Of a stretch of 20,000 nucleotides of DNA, positions 1 through 8,508 are shown one piece after another (position 1 is the stretch's first letter; the number at the start of each line of letters is the position of its first letter). A program made the translations under genes and the position numbers. The notes beneath the pieces are model-generated. The model did no database searches. It worked only from the letters and a program-made list of their open reading frames with translations, and was not told where the DNA came from. Source of the DNA: an uncultured virus (IMG/VR IMGVR_UViG_3300025786_000100) (taxonomy: Duplodnaviria; Heunggongvirae; Uroviricota; Caudoviricetes). The stretch lies in IMG/VR virus record IMGVR_UViG_3300025786_000100, one strand, 5' to 3'.

Positions 1-306
1 CGCTTGAGCCTGGTGGCCTGGCGAGAGCCAGATCCTTCGCGCCGAGAACATGAAGCGCACGTCCGAATTGCCGGTCTTGCGACCCGCTGACTCGACCGCC
101 TCCTTCAGCCATGCGGGAATGACGAGCTCCCGACCGGAGGAGACCGCGAGCGCCACGCGCATCGCGACCCTCCCCACCTGAACGACGACGGGCACATCGT
201 AGCCGTCCTCGAACTCCTCGGACATCGCGGCCGGTACCGAAACGGTCGTCGTCAAGGTGCTGATCGGAATTGTGCGAATCTCATCGCCAAGAATTTCTCT
301 GCTCAC
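1..306 (-). CDS. Hypothetical protein, truncated at window edge; possibly AbrB/MazE-like swapped-hairpin repeats
   Basis: Not in the ORF track; translated by hand. GGAGG SD, GTG start at 306, open to position 1 (MSREILGDEIRTIPISTLTTTVSVPAAMSEEF...SGRELVIPAWLKEAV...). The 'VSVPAAM' and 'GRELVIPAWLK' segments weakly recall AbrB motifs. Confidence 0.55.
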   Translation of the reverse strand, partial: MSREILGDEIRTIPISTLTTTVSVPAAMSEEFEDGYDVPVVVQVGRVAMRVALAVSSGRELVIPAWLKEAVESAGRKTGNSDVRFMFSARRIWLSPGHQAQA

Positions 307-321
307 AGCGTCCTCCATAAC

Positions 322-348
322 ATATCTTATGGATATTCTATAAGATAT
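322..348. promoter_or_regulatory. AT-rich inverted repeat (putative operator) between divergent genes
   Basis: ATATCTTAT (322-330), 9-nt spacer, ATAAGATAT (340-348), in an AT-rich patch of otherwise GC-rich DNA. Confidence 0.55.
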
Positions 349-479
349 ACTGTGGAATGGCAAGCTCCCGACGCCTCCCTGGGAATTGTAACGCCCTACC
401 CGAAACCACCCGTTTATTGAGGAAGGATGCCGGCCGCGCCAGTTCGGGCGCTTCCGACTTCCTTCGCGGGGGACAATGC

Positions 480-662
480 ATGGAGGAAAAGCGCCTGTTG
501 AGCGTCGACGAACTATCGGCCTACCTGAGCCTGCCCAAGTCTACGATCTATAGCTGGGTCAGCATGCGGCGAATACCCGGCGTGGTGCGGCTGGGTCGGG
601 CGCTGCGCTTCGAGAAGCAGGCCATCGACCGCTGGATCGACGCGGAAAAGACGCGGGCATGA
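480..662 (+). CDS. Excisionase / AlpA-like HTH_17 DNA-binding protein
   Basis: 60 aa from ATG 480: LLSVDELSAYLSLPKSTIYSW...IP..RLGRALRF...IDRWI, a typical Xis-like winged helix; lies directly upstream of an integrase. Confidence 0.85.
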   Translation: MEEKRLLSVDELSAYLSLPKSTIYSWVSMRRIPGVVRLGRALRFEKQAIDRWIDAEKTRA

Positions 663-712
663 CCCGCGGCGGGGCCGCTCCCGAAGGCCGCGATTCGGGG
701 CCGCTTCGCCGT

Positions 713-757
713 CGAGAATCGCCTTGCTTTCCGGCGGGAGTCCTTGTACCTTCGTCA
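713..757 (+). promoter_or_regulatory. Conserved motif upstream of integrase 1 (possible promoter TTGCTT-17-TACCTT or protein-binding site)
   Basis: GCCTTGCTTTCCGGCGGGA (721-739) is identical to the reverse complement of 8720-8738. Confidence 0.55.
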
Positions 758-779
758 CTGACCGACGAGAAGGTCGACG

Positions 780-1871
780 ATGCGAATCTATAGAAGGCAC
801 AAGGATCGCCCCGAGTGGCACATCGATTTCCGCTACAAGGACGAGAACGGCCAGTGGAAGCGGCGCATCGAGGTCGTCGGGCCGAATAAGAAGCTGGCCG
901 AGCAGGTGCTGCGCAAGCGCATGGGCGAGGTCGCCGAGGGGAAGTTTTTCCCGGAGCGCAAGAAGCGGCGCATCTCCTTCTCGGAGATGGCGGACCTCTA
1001 CATGGAGCTTCACGGCAAGCACCAGCCGAGCGGCCATATCACGAACCACCACGTCCGGCGGCTCAAGAAGCATTTCGGCGCGAAGATGCTCGACAAGATC
1101 ACGATTCCGGACGTCCTGCGCTACGTCAACGGCGTCAAGGAGCGCACCTCGGCCTCGACCGCCAACCGCCACCACGCGATCCTGCGGGCGATCTTCAACC
1201 GGGGCATCGAGTGGGAGAAGTTCGACGGCCCGAACCCCGCCGCCAAGGTCAAGCCCTTTCGCGTGGAGAACAGCCGCCTGCGCTTCTTGTCCAAAGAGGA
1301 GATCGGCAGCCTGCTGGAGTCCTGCTCGCCGCGCATCTATCCCTTGGTGGTCTGCGCGCTTCTGACGGGCATGCGGCGCGGCGAAATCCTGGGGCTCGCC
1401 TGGGAGAACGTGAACTTGGCGCAAGACGTTCTCTATGTGCTAAAATCCAAGTCAGGGAAACCTAGGGAGATTCCGATCGCCCGCAAGTTGCGAGAGGTAT
1501 TGGTGGCTCTAGGCCCGAAGAAGTCCGGGCGGCTCTTTGAAATTTCGGACATGACCCTCAGGCGGGATTTTCCCGTCGCGCTGAGGGCCGCAGGTATCGA
1601 GAATTTCAGGTTTCATGACCTGAGGCATACGTTCGCGTCCCATTACGTGATGCGAACCAACGATTTGCCCGCCACGCAGAAGCTGCTCGGGCACCACAGC
1701 CCGGTCATGACCCAACGGTACGCCCACCTATCCACGGGGCACTTGAAGGTCGGAATCGAGCTCCTGGATACGGGATTGGATACGAATTGGATACACGGGC
1801 CTAAATCGGCCCAGGGCGAAACCGAGAAACCTAAAGATTTACAACCAAACGCGGGCGTGGTTCAATGGTAG
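780..1871 (+). CDS. int: Tyrosine recombinase / phage-type integrase 1
   Basis: Catalytic motifs TGMRRGE, KSKSGK, HDLRH, LGH, RYAHL; N-terminal arm-binding and SAM-like regions; stop codon lies inside the tRNA. Confidence 0.95.
   Translation: MRIYRRHKDRPEWHIDFRYKDENGQWKRRIEVVGPNKKLAEQVLRKRMGEVAEGKFFPERKKRRISFSEMADLYMELHGKHQPSGHITNHHVRRLKKHFGAKMLDKITIPDVLRYVNGVKERTSASTANRHHAILRAIFNRGIEWEKFDGPNPAAKVKPFRVENSRLRFLSKEEIGSLLESCSPRIYPLVVCALLTGMRRGEILGLAWENVNLAQDVLYVLKSKSGKPREIPIARKLREVLVALGPKKSGRLFEISDMTLRRDFPVALRAAGIENFRFHDLRHTFASHYVMRTNDLPATQKLLGHHSPVMTQRYAHLSTGHLKVGIELLDTGLDTNWIHGPKSAQGETEKPKDLQPNAGVVQW
1765..1794 (+). repeat. Three tandem TGGATAC repeats, probable integrase arm-type sites
   Basis: TGGATAC at 1765, 1777 and 1788 (11-12 bp period) in the 3' end of int, about 55 bp from the tRNA. 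Confidence 0.6.
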
Positions 1872-1924
1872 AACGCTACCTTGCCAAGGTAGAGACGGCG
1901 GTTCGATTCCGCTCGCCCGCTCCA
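1851..1924 (+). tRNA. tRNA-Gly (anticodon GCC), CCA encoded
   Basis: Acceptor stem GCGGGCG/CGCCCGC, D arm GTTC-AATGGTA-GAAC, anticodon arm CTACC-TTGCCAA-GGTAG, T loop GTTCGATTC, 3' TCCA. Confidence 0.96.
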
Positions 1925-1945
1925 ATTTCCAAGTAGTTCGAATCG

Positions 1946-1988
1946 CGCCGGAGCCCGCAATCGTAGCGGCTTTGGCGTTTTCTTTTCT
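1946..1988 (+). terminator. Probable intrinsic terminator after the tRNA
   Basis: CGCCGGAGCC...GGCTTTGGCG stem with G-U pairs, followed by TTTTCTTTTC. Confidence 0.6.
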
Positions 1989-2152
1989 CCGTCGAGGATT
2001 GGGAAAAGTGGCGAGGAAGTCGGGGCTTCTTGGGTGGCGCGAAAGGTGCGCACTCGGCTAAATCGGGCCCCGAATTAGCTCCGCAACGCTTGGATCGTGT
2101 CCAAGAGCCATGTCCCTCCGTGGCCCTCCATGACCCCCGATATCCCGGGGCT

Positions 2153-2172
2153 TGTTAGCAAAAGTGTTAGCA
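2153..2172 (+). repeat. Tandem TGTTAGCA direct repeat (arm-site-like)
   Basis: TGTTAGCA at 2153-2160 and 2165-2172, 12-bp period, about 230 bp downstream of the tRNA. Confidence 0.45.
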
Positions 2173-2179
2173 GGAATTC

Positions 2180-3319
2180 TTAGGGATGCTCGATAATTTC
2201 CTGGACGGTCGGTGCCCAAACCATCGCCATTCCATCACTCAATACAGAGCGAATGTACGGGCCTTGGGTAGAGCACTCGTCCTCAAAGGCCAATTCGGAG
2301 ATTTTGTCCAGTGAGCCGCTAATGATTGAATCATGGATCTGCGAGTCCAAACCCCAGAAGAACACACCGGCCTTCGGAATCTCCGTCTTTCCAAACAGAT
2401 GTGCGGGCCAATGGGCACCATCAAAAATGGTCCCATTGAAACGCCGTTGACCAATCCGAAAAGAAACACGTTTCGACAAACCACCCCGGCGAACATTGAC
2501 CCCGCCTTTTAGGTAGGCATCCCAAGTCTGATCCCCACCCCTGATGAGGCCCATCAGGCTATTGGCGACTTCTCGAAATCCTTGGATTGAAAAGACACGA
2601 AGATAGTGCTGCAACAAAAAGCGGTAGCCAAAGTATTTGTCAGGATTTGATCCCGGGCCTTCCGGATCGCAGACAAGAATATCCGTTGCCCTGCTGTTTG
2701 GCGTACTTCTGGGAGCGAAAAGCACGCCCATTGCGTGGCGATAGTCTCGCCAACTCCTGAGTTTGTCGCGGATGCCCTGATGGGCTGCAGGCCAGCCCAC
2801 CCGGTCAAAGCGCCCTCGGACCTCGAGCTTTAGCGCTCCCGGGGACAGATTCGGTGCCATGAAATCAACTTGGCCCATCCCTGTCGACTTCCACAAAGAA
2901 AGCCGAATGCCATAGACGCGCTTCGCCACCAGTAGCCCCACGCCGGTCCCGAGCAATTCTGTAACCAGCCCCTTGAGCCTTGCCAACTTGGGATTGTCGA
3001 GCACCAACCTATATGGGGGGCCGCCTCTGGGGATCTCTGCGCGCGGATTCCAGGCAGAGAGAATCAACCAGCACAAACTGGCACGGACGCGCATCTCGCC
3101 CACGCCAAAGGGATCGATCGTGGAATTGATGAAGTGATGCGCGGCGTGCGTGACAATGGAGGAAATCTTCAGCGTTATCCCATTGGCCTGGAGATCTGAC
3201 AATGCCGCCCGAATCGCCGCGTTCGTAGGCGTGCAATCGCGCTGGTCTACCTCAACTCGGAAATGAACTTCATCGTTGGGTAAGGGGGTGGCAGCCAGAG
3301 GGACTATCGGAGTGGGCAT
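2180..3319 (-). CDS. Hypothetical protein with a putative PD-(D/E)xK restriction-endonuclease-like domain
   Basis: 379 aa; TELLGTGVG helix...QVDF...KLEVRGR matches the E...(P)D...ExK order, with R in place of K; co-oriented downstream of the DUF262 gene. Confidence 0.55.
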   Translation of the reverse strand: MPTPIVPLAATPLPNDEVHFRVEVDQRDCTPTNAAIRAALSDLQANGITLKISSIVTHAAHHFINSTIDPFGVGEMRVRASLCWLILSAWNPRAEIPRGGPPYRLVLDNPKLARLKGLVTELLGTGVGLLVAKRVYGIRLSLWKSTGMGQVDFMAPNLSPGALKLEVRGRFDRVGWPAAHQGIRDKLRSWRDYRHAMGVLFAPRSTPNSRATDILVCDPEGPGSNPDKYFGYRFLLQHYLRVFSIQGFREVANSLMGLIRGGDQTWDAYLKGGVNVRRGGLSKRVSFRIGQRRFNGTIFDGAHWPAHLFGKTEIPKAGVFFWGLDSQIHDSIISGSLDKISELAFEDECSTQGPYIRSVLSDGMAMVWAPTVQEIIEHP

Positions 3320-3355
3320 TGTGCTATTTTCGACAGAACCCAGCAGACATCCGGC

Positions 3356-5224
3356 TTAGATTGCCTGACTGGCGGCCGCGGCCGACGAGTCGCTCGCAAT
3401 CTGGCTGATGTCCCAAACCTCTTTGGTCAGATTGATGAGCAGCCCTTGACGCCTGTCAATGTTCGCAGCCGTCCATTCGGTGAAGGACTCCAACTTGCTG
3501 TTGATTCTCGTGATCGAGCTGTTGTTCCCAACGGAAGCCAGCCCGGCGATACTACTGGTAAGGTAATTCTTGCACTTGGCGTACTCGGCCTTTTTGAGTG
3601 CAAAGAAGTTGTTGCTGGCCACGATGTTAATCGGCTTTTCGAGTAGGGTCAAATTTCCCAGCTTGATCTTATACTCTTCGTACTCCGCTTTTGGGTTCTT
3701 CTCGGCGAAGTCAGCGCGCAGGTCCGGCTTGGGATTATTTGGCAGGATGTGTTCGATTTCGAGCACGGTATAGTCTCGAAGCGCGCCCGGTTCCCGAAGC
3801 CCCTTATAGGCCATATCGACATGCTGTGCCAACTTCGCAAGAAGATAGCGCGTCCGGTACTGCTGCATCGAATATAGCGTGTAGCGCTTCAGCGCATCGG
3901 ACAACTCTCCATCCTTCGCTGACATATTCTTTTTGAAGCGTTCCGCGATGAATGCATTAAGCTTGTCTGCTTGGGTCTGTGGATCAGGAATCCCCACGAT
4001 TGCCCGAAGCTCATCTGCCCAAGTCGAAAAATTCCTCTCCAGGTCTTTCGTCGGTGTCTTCGTGAAGATGTAGTAGAACAGGAAACTCTCGAGCTGCCGG
4101 ACGAGATGGTCGAATAGATGCTTGGGAAGGCTGCTGGCGGCCAGCAGGAGCACATAGTGCAGGCTGAAAGCTCCGCCGCAAAGCAATTTCAGACTACTCA
4201 TCGCGATGCTAGACTTCTTATCATTGCCCAGGCCATCAGAAAACGCGATGTAGTTTTCGACGTTCTGGATGACTTTGCGTACAAACTCGAATGGTTTCTC
4301 CGAGTAGTTGCAGAGTTTGGCATTTGCCTTGTTTACGAACCAGTTGTAAATCTCATCCTCGCGAACGACCGCGTCTCCCCGGGAGCTCTGGATCTTGTAA
4401 TTAGCCATCAAGAAATAGCGGAGGAAGCGGAGCGGCTTCTCTTTGTTGACCTCGAGGGGCTTGGTTATCTTCTTCCATTCATTCTTCAGGCGCGTAAACT
4501 CGTCCATCCGTACATGCGTGAAGAGCAGGTTCTTCAGAAGATCCATCGGGTTCAGCCCAACGCCTCGTTCATTTATGGTTTCAAAGATCTTCAGGGCGCT
4601 GCTGACATCCGTTGATATTTGGATGAAAACCACATTGTTGGCGAGATAACCCCAAAACTTCTTTAGCTTGGTCTTGTTGTCGTAGTTGTCGGAAAGATAT
4701 CTGCAAAGAGTGCCATAGGCGTTAACCAGATTTTCAAGGGAGCCAAAGCTCGTTATCCCCGCTCCCTGGATGCCGTTTCGAGTCGACAGGGGATCTGCGT
4801 TCAATTCGACAATCTTCGCCATAACGTCGCCGGCATTCTCATATCTGGGTTCTAGCTTGAGGGTTGTCTGCGTTTCACCGGTGCCAGAGGTGTAGCTAGT
4901 CGAGATCAGCCCGCTGATCGTCTGAACTTGGGGTTCTCCTTCAAAGAGATGCTTTAGCGCGCAGAGCAGGAGATAGAACGTGGTCAGACGTTGCTGGCCG
5001 TCAATGACGTCATAGTGGTTCTTCTGATCCCTGGGCGAAACGAGAACCGTGCCGACGAAATATTCGCGGCTTGTCCCCTCATCGATCTGCTCGTTAATGT
5101 CGTCGAGGAGCTGCTGAATTTCTGTATCCGTCCATACGTACTCGCGCTGGTAATCTGGAACAACATAGAAGCACTCACGGAATGCTTCTTCTACGCTGTA
5201 TTTGTGGTTTTCAATTTTTGCCAT
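3356..5224 (-). CDS. DUF262 + DUF1524 (HNH) protein, GmrSD/SspE-like modification-dependent nuclease
   Basis: VPDYQREYVW, IDGQQRLTT, FETINERG (DUF262); EIEHILP and LGNLTLL...N (DUF1524 HNH). Confidence 0.9.
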   Translation of the reverse strand: MAKIENHKYSVEEAFRECFYVVPDYQREYVWTDTEIQQLLDDINEQIDEGTSREYFVGTVLVSPRDQKNHYDVIDGQQRLTTFYLLLCALKHLFEGEPQVQTISGLISTSYTSGTGETQTTLKLEPRYENAGDVMAKIVELNADPLSTRNGIQGAGITSFGSLENLVNAYGTLCRYLSDNYDNKTKLKKFWGYLANNVVFIQISTDVSSALKIFETINERGVGLNPMDLLKNLLFTHVRMDEFTRLKNEWKKITKPLEVNKEKPLRFLRYFLMANYKIQSSRGDAVVREDEIYNWFVNKANAKLCNYSEKPFEFVRKVIQNVENYIAFSDGLGNDKKSSIAMSSLKLLCGGAFSLHYVLLLAASSLPKHLFDHLVRQLESFLFYYIFTKTPTKDLERNFSTWADELRAIVGIPDPQTQADKLNAFIAERFKKNMSAKDGELSDALKRYTLYSMQQYRTRYLLAKLAQHVDMAYKGLREPGALRDYTVLEIEHILPNNPKPDLRADFAEKNPKAEYEEYKIKLGNLTLLEKPINIVASNNFFALKKAEYAKCKNYLTSSIAGLASVGNNSSITRINSKLESFTEWTAANIDRRQGLLINLTKEVWDISQIASDSSAAAASQAI

Positions 5225-5271
5225 GGATGCCCTCTCCGCAGATCGTCCTCAGCGCCGACGGAATGCCGCGG

Positions 5272-5466
5272 TTACTTTGGTTGACAGAATGAGCACTCTT
5301 GAACAGGCAGGCCCGTCGTCGATGCATATGCCTTCGCGTCTGCCATAGAGTCGTGGTCCTTATATTCTCCCCGGCCCTCTCCGCCACGCTTGCGAAGCTG
5401 GTTGCAGTCTTGTCGATGAATGGCTACGTGCGGGTTATGACGATTTTCGTAAGTGGTGAATGCCAC
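5272..5466 (-). CDS. Small putative Zn-binding protein (HxxxC...CxxC)
   Basis: 64 aa; GGAGG SD 4 nt before GTG; motifs IHRQDC and ECSFCQP. Confidence 0.65.
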   Translation of the reverse strand: MAFTTYENRHNPHVAIHRQDCNQLRKRGGEGRGEYKDHDSMADAKAYASTTGLPVQECSFCQPK

Positions 5467-5486
5467 TATTCCTCCAGTCGGTCGTG

Positions 5487-5729
5487 CTATTCGGGTGAAA
5501 TGTCGGAGTCGAACATTTCCTTCGCCGCCTTGAAAATCGACTCCCCCACATAACGCATTTTATTCTTGGTCGCGCGAACAACGGGCTCGGTATCAATAAA
5601 TCGCTGATCTTTCGTTACGACCCCGTTTTTCCATCCGCGTATTGAAATCCACGGAATTCGTCTTCCATCTTCACCCCGCTTCACGTCTACCATTACGTTC
5701 ACTAAAATTGAGTACCGCTTCTTTGTCAT
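5487..5729 (-). CDS. Hypothetical protein
   Basis: 80 aa, ATG start, co-oriented and 20 bp upstream of the next ORF; no recognisable motif. Confidence 0.5.
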   Translation of the reverse strand: MTKKRYSILVNVMVDVKRGEDGRRIPWISIRGWKNGVVTKDQRFIDTEPVVRATKNKMRYVGESIFKAAKEMFDSDISPE

Positions 5730-5929
5730 GATTGCGCTCTCTGGGCGTGATTCTCCCTTATCGGGACCACGGATTTCACTATTCTAGAAATTTGAGCGAT
5801 GGCATCTTGAAGTGCTAAAATTAAGTGTCACCGTTAGTCGGTGGCTTCTGTATTTTGCCCCGGCCTGATCTAGGGCTAACAAAGTGCTAGAATAAATTTT
5901 TTTCGGGCAGGCGCTATTAGGATAGGGAT

Positions 5930-6229
5930 TTACGGAAGCACGTTCCGAGAAAGAAGAACGCGTTCATACTCGGCTTGATCCATTGGACACGCCAACAGAT
6001 CGCAAGCTTCTCTGAATGTCAGGTTCCCTAGCTGGCGAGTCATTTTCCGAATTAGATCAGCGCCGTAATCTCTATAGCCCGTGCCGGTTGAAATCTTTGT
6101 TCGCACTCGAGTGCGGCGTCCCTGATAAATGAAATAGTAAAAGCGATGATCCCGGGCGTCTTGCTCAAACCCCTTCGAAGCTAGAGACCTTTCGATAGTA
6201 TTACGCGGTATAGACCGCATCTTCGACAA
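5930..6229 (-). CDS. HicA-like mRNA interferase toxin (alternative start ATG 6220)
   Basis: Basic protein with pattern L..KGF.....DH.FY.....G.RT....S.G.......I..M..QL; overlaps the stop of the HicB-like gene. Confidence 0.7.
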   Translation of the reverse strand: MSKMRSIPRNTIERSLASKGFEQDARDHRFYYFIYQGRRTRVRTKISTGTGYRDYGADLIRKMTRQLGNLTFREACDLLACPMDQAEYERVLLSRNVLP

Positions 6230-6638
6230 AGCCTCGATACTGTTGCTTTAGGTCCAGCGCGCCTCTTGAGAGTTCATTGTCTGGAGTACGAGTATAGACG
6301 AAATAATCGTGCACAATAAATTCCACAAGGTCTTGTTTCGCTGCTTCGAGCGAGTCGCCATGACCAAATAGTTCCAGATCGGGAATTTCGACAAACCATT
6401 CAGCATCACTCCGCTGGACGTTCAACTGAAGCGCCTCTCTCAAATATAGACGGCCCTCCGCGCTGGAAATTTCTCCCCAGAGGTGATAAGGCTTTTCAAC
6501 CGCGATGGGGTGAACATCGGGCCTGATTTCTCCAATCAAGTCGCGATACTGCAAGGTGCGCGAATCTTCCTGAGGCTCGTTAGCGGAGACCCATTCGAGC
6601 GGTGCTTCCGGGGACACCAAAGTCGCGGTTGGAGACAT
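6201..6638 (-). CDS. HicB-like antitoxin with N-terminal extension and no evident C-terminal DNA-binding domain
   Basis: WFVEIPDLELFGHGDSLEAAKQDL is the HicB partial RNase H-fold signature. Confidence 0.72.
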   Translation of the reverse strand: MSPTATLVSPEAPLEWVSANEPQEDSRTLQYRDLIGEIRPDVHPIAVEKPYHLWGEISSAEGRLYLREALQLNVQRSDAEWFVEIPDLELFGHGDSLEAAKQDLVEFIVHDYFVYTRTPDNELSRGALDLKQQYRGFVEDAVYTA

Positions 6639-7343
6639 TTAGTTCCTCTGTTGGCGCATGACTTTTAGATAGTCGGCCGTTATCAGACTGGAGAAAACGC
6701 TCTTCGTGTGCTTATGTGATTCGTCTAAATAACCGGCAAGTTGCCTAAACTCAAGTCCGCCTTGTTTAATGTAGTCGAAGTCCAACAAAATAACATCCCC
6801 GCCAGTTTTGTCCTGGGCCTTGGCTAGTTCAACAGCAGTCTTAAGCCGACCTTCTCCCAGACGAGTGGTAATGGTGGACGCAAAATGATCGAGCTTCGCT
6901 GGTATTGCCTCCGGCGTCAAGTAGGCAAAGTTGAGATATTTCTCCAGAGGTACTAGTCCATCCTCTCTGAGGGCAGGGATATGATTAATGTATCGAAGCC
7001 CCGTTTGCTTCAGCTGGGTGAGTTGGCACATTTCGCCAAATTTTTCGAAAACGGCCAATGCCTTTTTCTTAAATTCCTCAAATCGAGCATAGTTATAAGT
7101 GTGAAAGGAGACCTTATTAATGCAGAAGTGGATGAGTTCCTTCCCATCAGCACTGGTCAAACGGTAAGGAATGAGATCCGGGTGCGAGGGCTCCTTTGAA
7201 ACCGCAACACCAAGCGTTGGATAATCCGTTTCGAAAGCCTCTTGAATAAGATGCTTTTGGCTGTCTACCAACAACTTGCCGTCAAACCGAATCTCGAATA
7301 CAGCCTCGACCAGAGGCGCATTCGGCAAATGCTCATCAATCAT
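6639..7343 (-). CDS. TIGR04255 family protein (function unknown)
   Basis: N-terminal LPNAPLVEAVFEIRF, central GLRYINHI, C-terminal LLDFD...H....F...IT; AGGAGG SD. Confidence 0.85.
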   Translation of the reverse strand: MIDEHLPNAPLVEAVFEIRFDGKLLVDSQKHLIQEAFETDYPTLGVAVSKEPSHPDLIPYRLTSADGKELIHFCINKVSFHTYNYARFEEFKKKALAVFEKFGEMCQLTQLKQTGLRYINHIPALREDGLVPLEKYLNFAYLTPEAIPAKLDHFASTITTRLGEGRLKTAVELAKAQDKTGGDVILLDFDYIKQGGLEFRQLAGYLDESHKHTKSVFSSLITADYLKVMRQQRN

Positions 7344-7470
7344 ATAGGGGCCCTCCTGGAGTGTAACAGACGCGCCGCATAACCGCCAGGAGCGGCTTCT
7401 TTCTAGGATTTATAGCAAAATTCTAAACTCCGTTCATTCTGACCTGCAGCCCCCTTTCACACGCCACCGT

Positions 7471-8505
7471 CTAGTCCGATATAGTGTCGCGGTATACTGC
7501 GCTGGATGCGCTCGGCAACCTCAACACCGCCTCCCGCAGGCTCGACGGCATGAGGTGGGCGTAAATCTGCGTCGTCTTGGGACTCGAATGCCCGAGCATC
7601 CGGCCGATGCGGAAAAGATCGACGCCGGCCATGGCGAGATGCGAGGCGAAGCTGTGGCGAAGCGCGTGCAGGCCTCCCTTGGCCACGCCTGACTTCTCGA
7701 GAAAGCGCGTGAAGGCCTTGCTCAGATGCCCGGGGGCCAGCGACGGGAGCAGAACCCTGTCGGTCTCGGCCGCGCCGTTCTTGAGCTCGCGAAGCACCTC
7801 CTCCAACGCCGGGTGCAGCTCGATCTCGCGGGCCTCGTAGTCCTTGGGCGTCCAGCCTTCCTTGGGCGTGATGCGAAGCTGACGCGAGCCGAAGTCTACG
7901 TCGCGCCACTGAAGGGCCAGCATCTCCCCGCGGCGCAGGCCGGCGTAGAAGCCGAGGTGGATGACGGTCCGCCAGAACGGGTCGGCCGCGGCGAGGAGCG
8001 TTTGGATCTCCTCGTGGGTGTAGAAAACGGGGCGCTTCTTGACTTCGGGGAGGCGCTTGACGCCGCGCAGGCTCGCGCAGGTGTAGCCCCACTCCTCGGC
8101 CTTATTCACGATGGCCTTTAGCAGCGAGAGCTCGCGGTTGATCGTCGCGGGCTTTCGGCCGAGCCTTTTTCGCAGGAGCTTGTAGCGCTCCAGGACCTCG
8201 GCGCGCAGGTGGGCGAGCTTCTCCAAGTGAAAGGCGCGGTTAAATTCCTGGAGGATGATCCGGTTGAGCTCCCAGGTCTTGGGCGCGACGCTGGCCTTGG
8301 CGTAGGTCATGTACTTCTTGGTGAAGTCGGCCCAGGAGATGTCCTTGCCGCCCGCTCCGCTTCCGCCCGAGCGCAGGTTCTTGATGATCTCGGCCAGCTT
8401 GATGCGGGCCACGTCCTTATCGGCCGAGAGCGAGCGCCAGATATGTTTCTTGCCCTCCCACCAGCAGCCGTACCAGCGGCTTCCCCGCTTAAGCAAGGTC
8501 GCCAT
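7471..8505 (-). CDS. int: Tyrosine recombinase / phage-type integrase 2
   Basis: AGLRRGE, TPKD, HALRHSFASHL, LGHSS...TQIYAHL. Confidence 0.95.
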   Translation of the reverse strand: MATLLKRGSRWYGCWWEGKKHIWRSLSADKDVARIKLAEIIKNLRSGGSGAGGKDISWADFTKKYMTYAKASVAPKTWELNRIILQEFNRAFHLEKLAHLRAEVLERYKLLRKRLGRKPATINRELSLLKAIVNKAEEWGYTCASLRGVKRLPEVKKRPVFYTHEEIQTLLAAADPFWRTVIHLGFYAGLRRGEMLALQWRDVDFGSRQLRITPKEGWTPKDYEAREIELHPALEEVLRELKNGAAETDRVLLPSLAPGHLSKAFTRFLEKSGVAKGGLHALRHSFASHLAMAGVDLFRIGRMLGHSSPKTTQIYAHLMPSSLREAVLRLPSASSAVYRDTISD

Positions 8506-8508
8506 CGT

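Noticed and set aside
357..479. N-terminal extension of the xis1 ORF
   Set aside because: The HTH pattern starts at ATG 480, so the upstream in-frame part is probably not translated.
513..1424. Long antisense or alternate-frame ORFs (also 724-1365, 7457-8092, 10255-11526, 12870-13709, 16108-17031)
   Set aside because: They overlap well-supported genes and are shadow ORFs expected from GC-rich codon bias, with no motifs.
1862..2053. 63-aa minus ORF
   Set aside because: Antisense to the tRNA and its terminator; spurious.
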